DNA from: a virus
IMG/VR virus record: IMGVR_UViG_3300042505_000752
Location: 64,967-128,966 of that record
DNA length: 64,000 bases
Reading direction: 5' to 3' (one strand)
Within the stretch, counting starts at the first letter, position 1; the number at the start of each line of letters is the position of its first letter. The notes under the pieces were generated by a model. It was given only the letters and a program-made list of their open reading frames with translations. It made no database searches and had not been told where the DNA came from. Below are positions 1-11,300 of this stretch, piece by piece. The translations under genes and the position numbers were made by a program.

Positions 1-1866
1 ACAAAAGTTGGCACTGTCAGTTCTGGTTCTGGCGTAGGACAGGCACTACAAGGTGCAGTTTCGTATGTAACTCCTGGTGATGTTAGTGGTGTAACTAGTC
101 CTGTTCGCTCTCGTCTTTACTCTGCCATCACTCCTGGTGGTCGCGGCTTGCGTCCTCGTGTCAATAGACCAAATGAGCGCGGATATCGTTGCCCTGAGGG
201 ATATCAGTTTGGTGGTCGTTTTACTGACTCTAAGTGGTCTACATGCGGACGACAGTTATTTGATATTCCATCACTATCACGGACTTTGCTCCAAATTGCT
301 GATAACGCTATTCGTGCAGGGCGTGGTATTGGATATCAAAATCCCGACACAAATCCACTTGGCGGAGCAGAAGTTACTGGCGTTTCATTGATCCAAAGCC
401 GTATGGCAAATGTTCCTCGTGTTGGTGCTTATGATAAAAAGAAGCGTGACGATGGCTTAAAGGCGGCAATTGACGAGTTAGTCAATCCATTGGCTCCAGC
501 GTCAATGATGATTCGGCGCGATGGTTTCCCAATGCAACCAGTCGTTTCTGCTGGAGAATTACGGAAAGTTCCAGACAATCGCAATATGGAAGGCGCAGTC
601 TTTCTATTGTCTGCATCCAATATTGATTCTTTTGGTGGCGATGAATTGGGTTTATTGTCAAATACTGGCGTGAGCACTTTGATTTATGTTCTACCTAATG
701 GTTCTACTGTTCGTATGGACAAAACCCGTGCGTTAACCGTAGGCGAACGGCGCAAGTTGGGCAAGACTGTCAGTTCGGCATCCAAGATTGACAATAGTAA
801 TGATCCATTGGCTCGTCTAAAAATGGTCATTTCAGACTCTGGTGGCGGAATTTCTATCAACAAAGATTTTTCTAAAATTCGCAATGCTGAAGAAGTTGTT
901 GATTCAGGCAAATTTAAAGGAAAGCCTCGCTGGGTTGCTGAAGCGTTTCGCAATAGTGGCAAAAAGCGTACTGTTTCTCCCCAGTCAATTGTTGATGATT
1001 CCAAGTTGGATTCCGAAACAGAAACTCAGGCAAGTAAAAATATCAATGATGTAGAAACCGCTATTGAACATATAAACAACGGTGGAAATCTTTCTGATAT
1101 TAATCCTGCTATTTTGCCTCAGGCTATTCGTCGTGCAAAAGTTTATCGTCAAAAGAATATTGGATCTGGTCGTATTCTTTTTGAGCGTACTGACGGCGGT
1201 GTTTCTTTTATAGAGGTTTCCAATGGAAAGCGCCTTGAGCATCTTGGTGCCCATTTTTCTGCCGCTATCGCTGAACATCTTGAATTGCCTACTCCTAAAA
1301 TCCGCATCATGGGTGAAGGAGACAATCGTCCTTACCTCGTTCAGAATATTGATACTGTCGTGCCAAATGGCAAATTACAATCTATGAAGTTGACAGATAT
1401 GCCAGCCAAAGACCTTGCTGGTATTTTTGTTTCTGATTACTTGACAGATGTTCGCAAACGAAATCCTTCTACTGTTTCGGCTGTTTCTGCTGATGGTAAA
1501 GTTCGCGCAATTGCAACGATGAATGCCCCCTCATCATTGGCTGGTTTATCTGCTGAAGAAATGATTAAGCGTCGTTCCATTGTTATTGGCGATTGGGCAA
1601 AATCAGATGGAAATAATATCCTAAAAGCCATCCAAAATCGCAATGAAGAAGTTCGTCGTCAAATTCTGGCTGTTTATGAAGATTTAATTCAACGAGCACG
1701 CGCTTTTAAATGGGATTCTTACATTAAGCAACTACGGTTAGACGGTAAACTTTCTAGTGCAGAACAAAAGCATATGGATATTGTGAAATCTCTATATGAC
1801 CAAAGACTAGACAATTTAGCCAAGTCTAAGGAATCTTTTGCTAATATTTTGGAGTTAGGCAAATGA
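1..1866 (+). CDS. 5'-truncated large putative virion protein with RCPxGxQFGG module and degenerate HipA/PI4K-like kinase fold
   Basis: Frame 1 is open from base 1. YRCPEGYQFGGRFTD motif; the C-terminal SDYLTDVRKRNPSTV aligns by eye with LDYVLDNQDRHAGNF of the next gene. Confidence 0.7.
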   Translation, partial: TKVGTVSSGSGVGQALQGAVSYVTPGDVSGVTSPVRSRLYSAITPGGRGLRPRVNRPNERGYRCPEGYQFGGRFTDSKWSTCGRQLFDIPSLSRTLLQIADNAIRAGRGIGYQNPDTNPLGGAEVTGVSLIQSRMANVPRVGAYDKKKRDDGLKAAIDELVNPLAPASMMIRRDGFPMQPVVSAGELRKVPDNRNMEGAVFLLSASNIDSFGGDELGLLSNTGVSTLIYVLPNGSTVRMDKTRALTVGERRKLGKTVSSASKIDNSNDPLARLKMVISDSGGGISINKDFSKIRNAEEVVDSGKFKGKPRWVAEAFRNSGKKRTVSPQSIVDDSKLDSETETQASKNINDVETAIEHINNGGNLSDINPAILPQAIRRAKVYRQKNIGSGRILFERTDGGVSFIEVSNGKRLEHLGAHFSAAIAEHLELPTPKIRIMGEGDNRPYLVQNIDTVVPNGKLQSMKLTDMPAKDLAGIFVSDYLTDVRKRNPSTVSAVSADGKVRAIATMNAPSSLAGLSAEEMIKRRSIVIGDWAKSDGNNILKAIQNRNEEVRRQILAVYEDLIQRARAFKWDSYIKQLRLDGKLSSAEQKHMDIVKSLYDQRLDNLAKSKESFANILELGK

Positions 1867-4800
1867 GTAAAATAGTTCTTATTAAAGACGCAATCAAGGA
1901 TGAGCCATACGCTCTTGTGTCTTACGACTCCATGGAGGTTAAGGCATTTGCGCTAACCGACGATGCCGAAGAATGGTCCGAATGGGCTAATCAGTCATGT
2001 AAAACAATTGACGAGATTCGTGAAAGTCTTACCTATTCACTTCAGACAGAACTCCCACGACCAGCAACTGAAATTGAATTAGATGGAATTAAACAATTCA
2101 CTACATCTGAGCGTTTTATTCAAATTAAGTCTGCAATTAGTGAATCAAAACTTGAAATGGTTGGCACATTTAGCCGTCAGAGTCGTCGCTTTGCCGTAAA
2201 GACATTGAAAGATTCGGAACTTCCAGAAAGTCCATCTTCATTGCCTTTGACTTCTTTTAGTGCTCAAAGTCGGCAGGCAATCATTGAGTACAAGGCATTG
2301 TCTTTTAGGGCTGACAATAAGTTTTCGGCTACAGCATTTGAAGCAAAGGGTGCGCGAGCATTATGGGACCCCGCCCTTGGACCGTCTGGTGGATGGCGAT
2401 GCCCTCAAGGTTCTCAGTTTGGTGGATACATCACTGACCGCTTCGGTCGTGGATGCGGTGGAGGGGTTCTCCGTCGTGTTGGGCGAGCATTAGTTGATGC
2501 AGGTCGTGGAATTGACAAATTGGGCGAGGCACGAGGCGCTCGTCGTCTTGGTCGTGCCGCTGATAAACTCAATGATAAGCCTGGTGGCGGACGCGCTCAG
2601 CGTGCCGTTGGTAATGCGGCTAACGCTCTTGAGCGTGGCGCGCAGGGTCTGGTTGGAGACTACAAGCCTGGTGATGCTGTTTCGCGTCGTCGTGGCGTGT
2701 CTGCCCCAGATATTGCTCCCGAGCGTAAGAAGGAAATTGATGACCGCCTGATGGCTATTCAGGCAGAACTTGATGATCTGGTTGATCAGCCCCCGACTGG
2801 CGATATTGAGAAGCGCATTACAGAACTTACCAATGAAAATAAGAAATTGCGTCGCGAGCGAGATGGCGCAATGCCAAAGCGTGTTTCTGCCGTCAAGCCC
2901 GCTCCATCAAAGCGCCGTGTTGTTAAGCCTGAGGCTGGACGCAATGAGCGAGTTCAAGGCAAGCGCCCTGTAAAGAAGCCAGTTACGCAAGGTCGTCGTC
3001 AGGGCGTTCTAGATCGTGCCGCTCAACGACTCGTTGGGGAATATGACCCATCAGAGTATAAGCCTGGTGACAAAAAGCGCATTAAAGACCGCGAAAATCG
3101 TTACGCAAAAGTTTCTGATGAAGCATTGATTAATGCGCTAAAGATGAACTCGCCCAAGGCTATTAAGCCGGGTCAGAATCGTGACATTGAGGCAAACAAG
3201 CGTCAAGAGCGACTTGAAGTTCTTCAGGAAATGCTCAATCGTGGCATTGATATTCCAGAACAATTTAAGAAAGAAGTCAAGCAGTATCGCTTAAAGCCCC
3301 AGCGTAAAAAGCGTGGTGCTAAGGCTGGTAGTCTCCGTAGTCGTGCCGCCAACGCCCTAGAGCGCGCCGCTCAGCGAGTTCTTGCTGGAGACAAGAATAA
3401 GAAGCGTCGTGACCGTAGTCGTCGTAAGCGTGCCGCTGATGCTTTTGAGCGTGGCGCACAGCGAATTCTTGATGGCAAGAAAAAGCCCAAAAAACAAGAT
3501 AATCGCAAAAAGCCACAACCAAACGGTGGGCTTAACCTACCTGGCGGTGGTCGTGGGATTATTGAACCGCGAGATACTGAAGGTTTGCCAAAACCAGGCA
3601 TGGGGGGTATGCGAAAGCCTGGTGAAGGTCAAATTACTCCTGAAGAACTTCAAGATTTAATAGATAGTAATTTAGGTATTACTGGTCTTTCCGAATTACG
3701 CAAACAGTTCAAAGATTATGACGATGCCCAGATTGACAATTTTTTAAGTCGTTTTGTTAAAGCACGCGAAAAAATGAATAATGATAATCCAGAAAGATTA
3801 AAACTTGACAAGTGGATCATCAATCTTGAAATGGAAAAAACCGCTCGTGAACTTGATCGCCTAAAGAATGGCAAGAGAGAACGAGACAATCAGCGTGTCC
3901 GTGCCCGTCGTGCCGTTACCGCTCAAAGCGCATTTACTCCCATTCGTCGTCCACGCCCAAAGAAAATGAAAGGCGACAAGATTGCTTGGGATGATATGGA
4001 TGCCCAGCAAAAAGCACGGATGCGTAATCGTGCTATCGCTGAACTTGACGACCTTGATGCAAGTTGGCGCAAGCGTCTTGGCTTAAAGAGTAATGAAAAA
4101 CTCACTGACAAGATGATTCGTGACTACATTAAAGAACGCGAGAACAACAAGCCTGGTGCTTACATCGGAGTTCTTAAGGCTAACGCCAATGACTGGGGCG
4201 TTCTCAAGGACTATGCAAATGACCTTGAAAATGGGGATATTCTTAATAATCTTGGTCCCAAGCGACGCAAGACACTCGTTGACGACTTGAACAATGCTTC
4301 TACCCCCAAGCGTGTCAAGACACCAAGTTCACCACGCCCCAAGTCTGCCCCAAGTGCAAAAAAGCGTGATGGTCTAAACGATAATGAAAAGAACCGTCTC
4401 AAAGAACTTGACGGACCTGAATTTGATAACCAAGTAGAAGCATTTGACGAAGCAGAGCGTTTGGCTAAAGCAAATAATGAATCTATGGTTGCGTTTGAAC
4501 AAGATGGAAAATTCCGTGTTGTTAAGGCGCAAGACTTTAACGATCTACTAGATGGTATTGATGATGATAGTCGTATGCAAAATGCGATTGGTAGTGTTCG
4601 CCATTTTGATGCCAATGGCAACGAGAGCAAGATTGATGTTTCCGAGTCTGCTCGCGTTAAGCAATCAATTAAAGAATCACTTGGCATTGATGCTCCAGAA
4701 TCGCTTGGTGGCTCAATACCCGATGATCGGTCACGACGAAATGTGCGTAATCGGTTCCCGAATAATGGACTCCCCGATAAGGCATTCTGGCGAGATAAAG

Positions 4801-7800
4801 ACTGGAAGCCTCGTACTGGTGGAGATGATGCAGAAAAGCATGAGCGTAGGTTTGGTCGCTACTTTGATTCCGACGGAAACATCAATGCTCGTGGTCGCTT
4901 TGTTAATGGTCAGTTAGAACAAGAGCGAGCAGAAAAGGCAAAGCCTAGGTTTAGCAAGACACCAGAATCTGTGATTCCAGAATCTGGTCGTAGAAAAACA
5001 TCTACTTATAGTTTTGGTAAACTTCAAGTTTTTGGCGAGGATAATAACGGAAGAGTTCTTTGGAAGGACAAAGATGGCTTTGTTATCCCTGACAACATCG
5101 TAAATGATGAAGCCGTACGACAACGCTACATGCGTTATGCAAAAGAGGGGCGAGATGCCTATCTAAATGCAGAATTTGCACGAAATCTTGGCAAAAAAAT
5201 TGATGACCTTTTAGTTAATAACGACCCTGAGAAGCGTCGTGAATTAAGGAATAATCTTCAAAATCTTATTGAAGATCGGCGTTTGTTGATTTCACGAGAA
5301 AACCCTGTTGCGGTTCGTGGTTCGTGGGCTGGGGAATTAGTTGCATTGCAAAATATGCTTAATGAGTTGGATTCTCATCCAAACGCAGTAGATATTTCTC
5401 CAATGAAAAATGAAGGACTTGATTCCTTACCCAAGGCTTCTATTAAGCGTCGCGATTCATCCCTTATTAAATTGCCTGAATTTAAAAAAGAAAAAGAAGT
5501 ATTCGTTCAATATTATGACCTTCGTAATGACAGGTTTAAAGCACATCTTGAAAACGACAGGCTTGATGATGCAAATATCATGATTGAAGGACTTGCTAAC
5601 GAAATTGATGGGCATAACAGGATGCTGGCTGACCCTGCAATGCCTGAAGAAGACAGGGTTAAAATTTTAGCGCGCCGTTCAGCCGCTCTTGAAAAAGTAG
5701 GTAAGTTTAACCAAGATTTGCAACTTCGTATGGATGAAATTAATAAACGAATTGGCGCAGAAAACGCTGCACGATGGGGAATCCCAAGACTTATGACCAA
5801 CCCCGAAGGTAACGCAACTCCAGATAGTGCTGAGGCACGACTTGCAATCCTTGGAAATAATTACCAGATTAAATTTGCAAAAAACATTCGTCTTGAAGGA
5901 GCAAAAGACCGCGCTGCGGAACTTGCAAAAGAAAAAAATGATGGCGAAGGAATCTATGTTACAAAAGATATAAAGAGTGGTAAATTCTTTTTATTAACTC
6001 GGGCTGATTTTGAAGAAGCAGTTAAAAACGATGCTTTTTCTGAAAATTATGTTGTTGATGCTGTCGTCTATGCCGCAAAGACCCCAGCGCCACCAAAGCC
6101 TCCTAGCGTTGCAAGAATTCCTGATTTGAATGATCCGTTTGATGGATTTAAATCGCGTTTTAGTCCTATGGATTTTGATGCGGATGATAAAGATAATCCA
6201 ATCAAGGCAGCAAGAAAATATGCTGTTGAATTTGATAGTGATTTTGTAGTTGCACAACGCTTGAATGATGGTAAGCAATTTGTTCTTGATGCCCGTGACT
6301 GGAACGACTTTGTAAACTCTCCAAAAATAAATAGTGATGATTTTGTCGCCGTAGGTATTTTTGGTGGGTATGGCAAAGATACCGATGGAATGCCCAAGTT
6401 AAATGATGGCAAAAAACGACTTATTGACGAAATGCAAAGTAGAGATTTAGGTCGCGTTTTCCCCAAGGGAAATCGTGTTTTTGGTAGTGGTGATAAAAAG
6501 GCAAGAGAACGCGCTCAAAAATTTGCCAAGCAGGGAGCAGATGATGATGGGCGCAATCGTTATGTTATTGATACGGGCAAACAATACATGGTCGTCAGTG
6601 AAAAAGAATATCAAGAACTACTAGCGGAATTTAACAATAATGAACAACGCTTAAACGCGACGCTTTCTCCCGAGAAGTTTATTAGAGAACGAAAAGGCAA
6701 CAATGCAGTAGGTAGGGATGCCCTTCTTGGTCCTCAACAAATGCCAATTGATGCCGACGAGTACAAGGATGCTGTCATTGCGGTGCATGACGGCAATGGT
6801 GCTATTGACCAAATACCTGATGCACTATTTGCTGCTGTTATATTTGACGAGAATCTTGAAGATACTATTCGTCCCGGAAATAGGGTGGCTCCGCAACCAT
6901 TAATAAATGATGACGGCAGTCAAGCCACATTTGAGGATATTTTTAGTGGACGAATGAAACCAGGCTACGGCGCTGAATTTGAAAACAAACGATTTAAATT
7001 TAAAAACTTTAAAGATGCGGGCGATTCATACGGTGGAATTTGGTCAGTATATAGAGTTGAGGACAAGCAGACTGGAGAAATTTGGTTTATTAAATCTTCC
7101 ACATATGGTGCCAATGACGCAATGCTGGAAGATATCGGCATGGAGGCTGCTGGTATTTTTAATTTTGCCGCCAAGAATGATGCAAAGCAAATAAGAATTT
7201 CCGCTCCGATTGCTGTTGAAAAAAATGGCAGGCAAGTCAGATGGACTGCCATGCGCGATATTGATCAATGGGATGCTCCAAATGGTGAGGCTTTAACTTG
7301 GGTAGATGCTGGCGATGGTGGAAATATTCAAGGGCGAAGTGTCAGCCTTGAAGATATGGCTGCCGTTTTAGTTCTTGACTATGTTCTAGATAACCAAGAT
7401 AGGCATGCAGGAAACTTTAAAATTGCGACTGATTCAAATGGCGTTCAGCGTCTAGGTGTCATTGACAATGGGCTAATGTTTGGCGGACGGGCATATGACA
7501 TGCTTCCACTAAGTCACGATGATGAAGTCACTCCAATGGGTCTTAATGAACTTGCCGAACAAAGAAAAGCCTTAGACCTTGAGGGTTACAAAAAAGGTAC
7601 TGGCCATATCTTATTACGGAGTCTACCAAGTACATTTATTGATCGTCTTCGTCAGAGTCAATTTGATAGAGATGAATTTAATCTTCAGGTAAAATACTCA
7701 ATTGAAACAATGCGAGAAAGTATTGACAGAATTCTTGATGAGCAAAGACTAAAGGGTAAGGGCATTTCACTTAGCGGTACAGAACTAGCACATTTAAAGG

Positions 7801-7982
7801 CAATGAAATTAGTTGCTGACGCTCGCTTGAAATATCTTGAATCAAACCCAGATGCATTCCTTGAGGTTTTTAACATAACTGGTTCAATACCTAGTCCAAT
7901 AAATGCCCCAATGTCGCCAATTCGTCGTCCTAGGGGATTAACTGGTCGTCAGGTTGGTTTGCCATCGGGTGGAGGATTATAA
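1863..7982 (+). CDS. 2039-aa multidomain putative virion protein with C-terminal HipA/PI3-4K-like kinase
   Basis: WRCPQGSQFGG module, K/R-rich linker, WFIK...LEDIG...DRHAGN...IDNG kinase motifs. Confidence 0.75.
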   Translation: MSKIVLIKDAIKDEPYALVSYDSMEVKAFALTDDAEEWSEWANQSCKTIDEIRESLTYSLQTELPRPATEIELDGIKQFTTSERFIQIKSAISESKLEMVGTFSRQSRRFAVKTLKDSELPESPSSLPLTSFSAQSRQAIIEYKALSFRADNKFSATAFEAKGARALWDPALGPSGGWRCPQGSQFGGYITDRFGRGCGGGVLRRVGRALVDAGRGIDKLGEARGARRLGRAADKLNDKPGGGRAQRAVGNAANALERGAQGLVGDYKPGDAVSRRRGVSAPDIAPERKKEIDDRLMAIQAELDDLVDQPPTGDIEKRITELTNENKKLRRERDGAMPKRVSAVKPAPSKRRVVKPEAGRNERVQGKRPVKKPVTQGRRQGVLDRAAQRLVGEYDPSEYKPGDKKRIKDRENRYAKVSDEALINALKMNSPKAIKPGQNRDIEANKRQERLEVLQEMLNRGIDIPEQFKKEVKQYRLKPQRKKRGAKAGSLRSRAANALERAAQRVLAGDKNKKRRDRSRRKRAADAFERGAQRILDGKKKPKKQDNRKKPQPNGGLNLPGGGRGIIEPRDTEGLPKPGMGGMRKPGEGQITPEELQDLIDSNLGITGLSELRKQFKDYDDAQIDNFLSRFVKAREKMNNDNPERLKLDKWIINLEMEKTARELDRLKNGKRERDNQRVRARRAVTAQSAFTPIRRPRPKKMKGDKIAWDDMDAQQKARMRNRAIAELDDLDASWRKRLGLKSNEKLTDKMIRDYIKERENNKPGAYIGVLKANANDWGVLKDYANDLENGDILNNLGPKRRKTLVDDLNNASTPKRVKTPSSPRPKSAPSAKKRDGLNDNEKNRLKELDGPEFDNQVEAFDEAERLAKANNESMVAFEQDGKFRVVKAQDFNDLLDGIDDDSRMQNAIGSVRHFDANGNESKIDVSESARVKQSIKESLGIDAPESLGGSIPDDRSRRNVRNRFPNNGLPDKAFWRDKDWKPRTGGDDAEKHERRFGRYFDSDGNINARGRFVNGQLEQERAEKAKPRFSKTPESVIPESGRRKTSTYSFGKLQVFGEDNNGRVLWKDKDGFVIPDNIVNDEAVRQRYMRYAKEGRDAYLNAEFARNLGKKIDDLLVNNDPEKRRELRNNLQNLIEDRRLLISRENPVAVRGSWAGELVALQNMLNELDSHPNAVDISPMKNEGLDSLPKASIKRRDSSLIKLPEFKKEKEVFVQYYDLRNDRFKAHLENDRLDDANIMIEGLANEIDGHNRMLADPAMPEEDRVKILARRSAALEKVGKFNQDLQLRMDEINKRIGAENAARWGIPRLMTNPEGNATPDSAEARLAILGNNYQIKFAKNIRLEGAKDRAAELAKEKNDGEGIYVTKDIKSGKFFLLTRADFEEAVKNDAFSENYVVDAVVYAAKTPAPPKPPSVARIPDLNDPFDGFKSRFSPMDFDADDKDNPIKAARKYAVEFDSDFVVAQRLNDGKQFVLDARDWNDFVNSPKINSDDFVAVGIFGGYGKDTDGMPKLNDGKKRLIDEMQSRDLGRVFPKGNRVFGSGDKKARERAQKFAKQGADDDGRNRYVIDTGKQYMVVSEKEYQELLAEFNNNEQRLNATLSPEKFIRERKGNNAVGRDALLGPQQMPIDADEYKDAVIAVHDGNGAIDQIPDALFAAVIFDENLEDTIRPGNRVAPQPLINDDGSQATFEDIFSGRMKPGYGAEFENKRFKFKNFKDAGDSYGGIWSVYRVEDKQTGEIWFIKSSTYGANDAMLEDIGMEAAGIFNFAAKNDAKQIRISAPIAVEKNGRQVRWTAMRDIDQWDAPNGEALTWVDAGDGGNIQGRSVSLEDMAAVLVLDYVLDNQDRHAGNFKIATDSNGVQRLGVIDNGLMFGGRAYDMLPLSHDDEVTPMGLNELAEQRKALDLEGYKKGTGHILLRSLPSTFIDRLRQSQFDRDEFNLQVKYSIETMRESIDRILDEQRLKGKGISLSGTELAHLKAMKLVADARLKYLESNPDAFLEVFNITGSIPSPINAPMSPIRRPRGLTGRQVGLPSGGGL

Positions 7983-7983
7983 A

Positions 7984-8325
7984 ATGGAACAAGATATTCA
8001 AAGAACAGAAAAATCGTTAAAAGATTTAAAAAAGGAAATTACATATCCTGCCGTTATTTACCATGAATCAGAAGCGGGAAATATTGCTCCAATTTTAGTA
8101 CTTGAACGAAAAGGCAGAATTACTCATTATTTTTGGGATGATGTAAATCGCTATGATTCTGATATGTACAATGTTGTTGGCGATATTGTAAAACTATCTA
8201 CAAATTCACAGTCAACGGCAAAGCAATTCTTTATTGACAATGCCACTCCTGTAGATATTAATAGAGTTATAGATCAGGCTAAGAAAAATAAGATAGTCAA
8301 ACCAGAACCTAAAGGCAAAAAATAA
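7984..8325 (+). CDS. small protein, candidate kinase partner/immunity protein
   Basis: GGAGGA RBS at 7971-7976; ATG 1 nt after the upstream stop. Confidence 0.7.
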   Translation: MEQDIQRTEKSLKDLKKEITYPAVIYHESEAGNIAPILVLERKGRITHYFWDDVNRYDSDMYNVVGDIVKLSTNSQSTAKQFFIDNATPVDINRVIDQAKKNKIVKPEPKGKK

Positions 8326-8327
8326 AA

Positions 8328-11300
8328 ATGACTACCGATTGCGAAACTTGTCGTCCTCTTGTAAAGGTCATGAACCCCCAGATGTCTACTGACCGCAGGC
8401 GGTTTATGATTGAGAGCAAGGCTGCCGAATATCGCAAACACATGGGTCAGCCGAGCGGTTTGTTGCAAAAGGGTGCTCGGGCAATATTTGACCCTAAACT
8501 TGGTCCGTCTGGTGGATATCGCTGTCCTGAAGGGAGCCAGTTTGGTGGTTACATTACCGACCGCTTCGGCAGAGGCTGTGGTGGGGGTATTATTCGCCGT
8601 GTCGGGCGAGCCTTTGGAAAACTAGGTCGTGGATTAGATAACATTGCAGACAGGCGTGACCGTAGTCGTTTGGGTCGTGCCGTCAATCGCCGTAGCAAGC
8701 CCAATCGCGTTACTCGCGCCGCTGGTGCTCTAGAGCGTGGAGCACAAAGACTTGTTGGCGAATACAAGCCTGGTGACTACAAACCAGGTGACGGCGGTCG
8801 TCGTAATAGGCGCAACCTACCTGGTGGATCATCCCTGAGGCGTTCTGCTGTTCCACGCAAACCTAAGCGTGAACGCAAACTGCCCAAAGACGGGGACAAG
8901 AAGCCTCGCACCCAAGGGGCAACTCCCAAAAAGCGCCCCATTGTTGAACGCGCTGCTGAAGGTCTAGAACGCGCTGCTCAGCGTGTTCTAGATGAAGATC
9001 GCAAGAAAAGAACACAAGGCGCTAAGCCTGCCAAACCCAAGAAGCCTGTTGCTCCTAAGGTTCCTTCGCTGAAGCCAAATCTCTCAGAAGATAAAAAACC
9101 AAACATCACTGACATCAATGATATTGACTGGGATAATTTAACTCCCGAACAGCGTGACGAAATTCAAGGCATCCGTTGGGATGCTTTTAGTGAACTTGAA
9201 GCCGAAATGTCCAAGTACATGGGTGTTCCAGCGGCTCGTATGGACCCTGATGGGTTTGTAAAACGAAATGAAAAAAATAAAAATGTTGAAAAATATGCAG
9301 GGGATGCTCGTAAGTGGAGACAATTACAAAACGACTTTGAAGATATGCCAGCAGAAGCAATTAAAGAGATTGACTGGACCGACGAAGAACGCAAGAAAAT
9401 TCTTGATGTCGTTAATGGGAATGCAAAGCCCAAGAAGCCCAAGACCCGTGGTGCTGACTTCTGGGAACGACGCAAGAATAACAAGCCGATTAAGCCTGAA
9501 GAATTAGATGTTGAAGATGCCCCAGAGATTTTTTCAAGCAAGCCAGACGGCGTACCCGAAAGTGCTCGTAATGTTAAGGCTTGGGAGCAGGCGTTTAAGG
9601 ATGAAATAGATAAGTATTTTGCTGAAAAAAATGTAGATCGCCTTGAAAAATTAAAAAAGACAATAGATTTGATTCTTAACAAAGATGTCATGAATCTATC
9701 TTCTGCTATGCGTCGGATGCTTCAGGAAAAAATTAATGACATAGAGAAAAAGACTGTTGCCCTTCGTGCACGAAAAGCACGAGGTGCACGCACTGCCACA
9801 CCAAAACCAAAACTTCCTAGTCTTGTAGGTAAGCCAGTAAAGCGTAATCCAAAAATTAATCGTATTAAAGATAATGTTATTGATGCTTTGCGTATCAACA
9901 ATATGCGTGACAATGCCATGGGCGACTTTGCACGCGACGCAATTGGCGATGGCTTAATTGCTTTTCCTGAGAATATTTTTAATGATGACATCAAAAATGT
10001 GACAGATGCAGTGAAGTGGCTTGATGATGGAAAATCATTATACGAAATTCCACAACATTATTGGGCTGAAGCAATAAATGAACATGTAGACAGTCGTAAT
10101 CCTGGTCCAAAGCAATATAAAAGAATTGATATCAATAATCCAGGTGCTATGAAATCTATTAACATGTATGAAAAATTAAATCAAGATGGCAGTGGTAGTG
10201 GGACTGGTGTTGTTTTTGCTCGTGCTCCAGGTAATGCACGGGATGGCATGGGCGAAGTTTTAGGTCAGCAAGTCCTCAATGCCCTTGGCATGAATGTTGC
10301 TCCAGCGCGGTTTGATGGAATTGTAAGAGAACAAAATAATGGCAGAGATGTACCAGTTGCTGTAATGCCATTTGCTTGGAACAGGGCTGCTGCTGGAAAA
10401 ATAGACCGAGGTAAGGCTGGTTATAACTTTGACAGGTCTGTCTTTGACCAATTTGAAGATAAAGCGTTACCTATGCGGTTAGCAAATTTATTAGGTAATT
10501 ATTTTATGGGAATTAGCGACAGGCACCACAATAATGGGATGGCAGGGGTTATTGATGGTCAGCCTTATATTGTCCCTATTGACCTTGGGTGGAACGGCAT
10601 AAAAAGAAAATTTTACGAGTATCAAGGCGATGATTGGCTTCATGGATTTTCAATGGACCCCGACTTGGTTGGCGTTATTAAGTCTCATTTAGCAAAACTT
10701 GAACCCAAAGAGGCTGAAAAACAACGCAATAAAATAATTGAAGTTTTTGATGGCATGATCTTACGAGGCGATGCAATACTTGCTCAAGGAAAAGATAAAT
10801 TTATTGAGGATGCCATAGGAATGATGCATCTTGGTGCTGATGCAGTGCCAAATATGCAAATGCGTAATGGAGTTGACAGAAAAGAACTTGAATCTATGAT
10901 GAAAGAAAAAGCATTAGGCATATTTACTGCTATGGAATCCAATATTGCATCATTGAAAAAAGAAAGAACAGATTTATTTGCTAAATGGGGATTAAAAAAT
11001 GCTCCCCCATTAGGAGTTCTTGAAGTAGTTAGCAAACCAAAGCCAAAAAACCCCAAGGCACCTAAGCCAAAAGCGCCCGCCCCTGCAAAGATTACCAATA
11101 ATGTGGCTTCAAAGGGTAAGAAAATTGGACCGCTCCCAGCACTTGTTGTAGCAGAACCACAAAAACGATACAACAAGGTTCCTGTACTTGGTAAAGCATC
11201 TGGAGACAATCCCCTACCAATTCCAGATGACATTGTTAATTCTGAAATTACAAACTTGGATGACGCAGTTAGATGGCTTGATGAGGGTAATCGTATTTCT

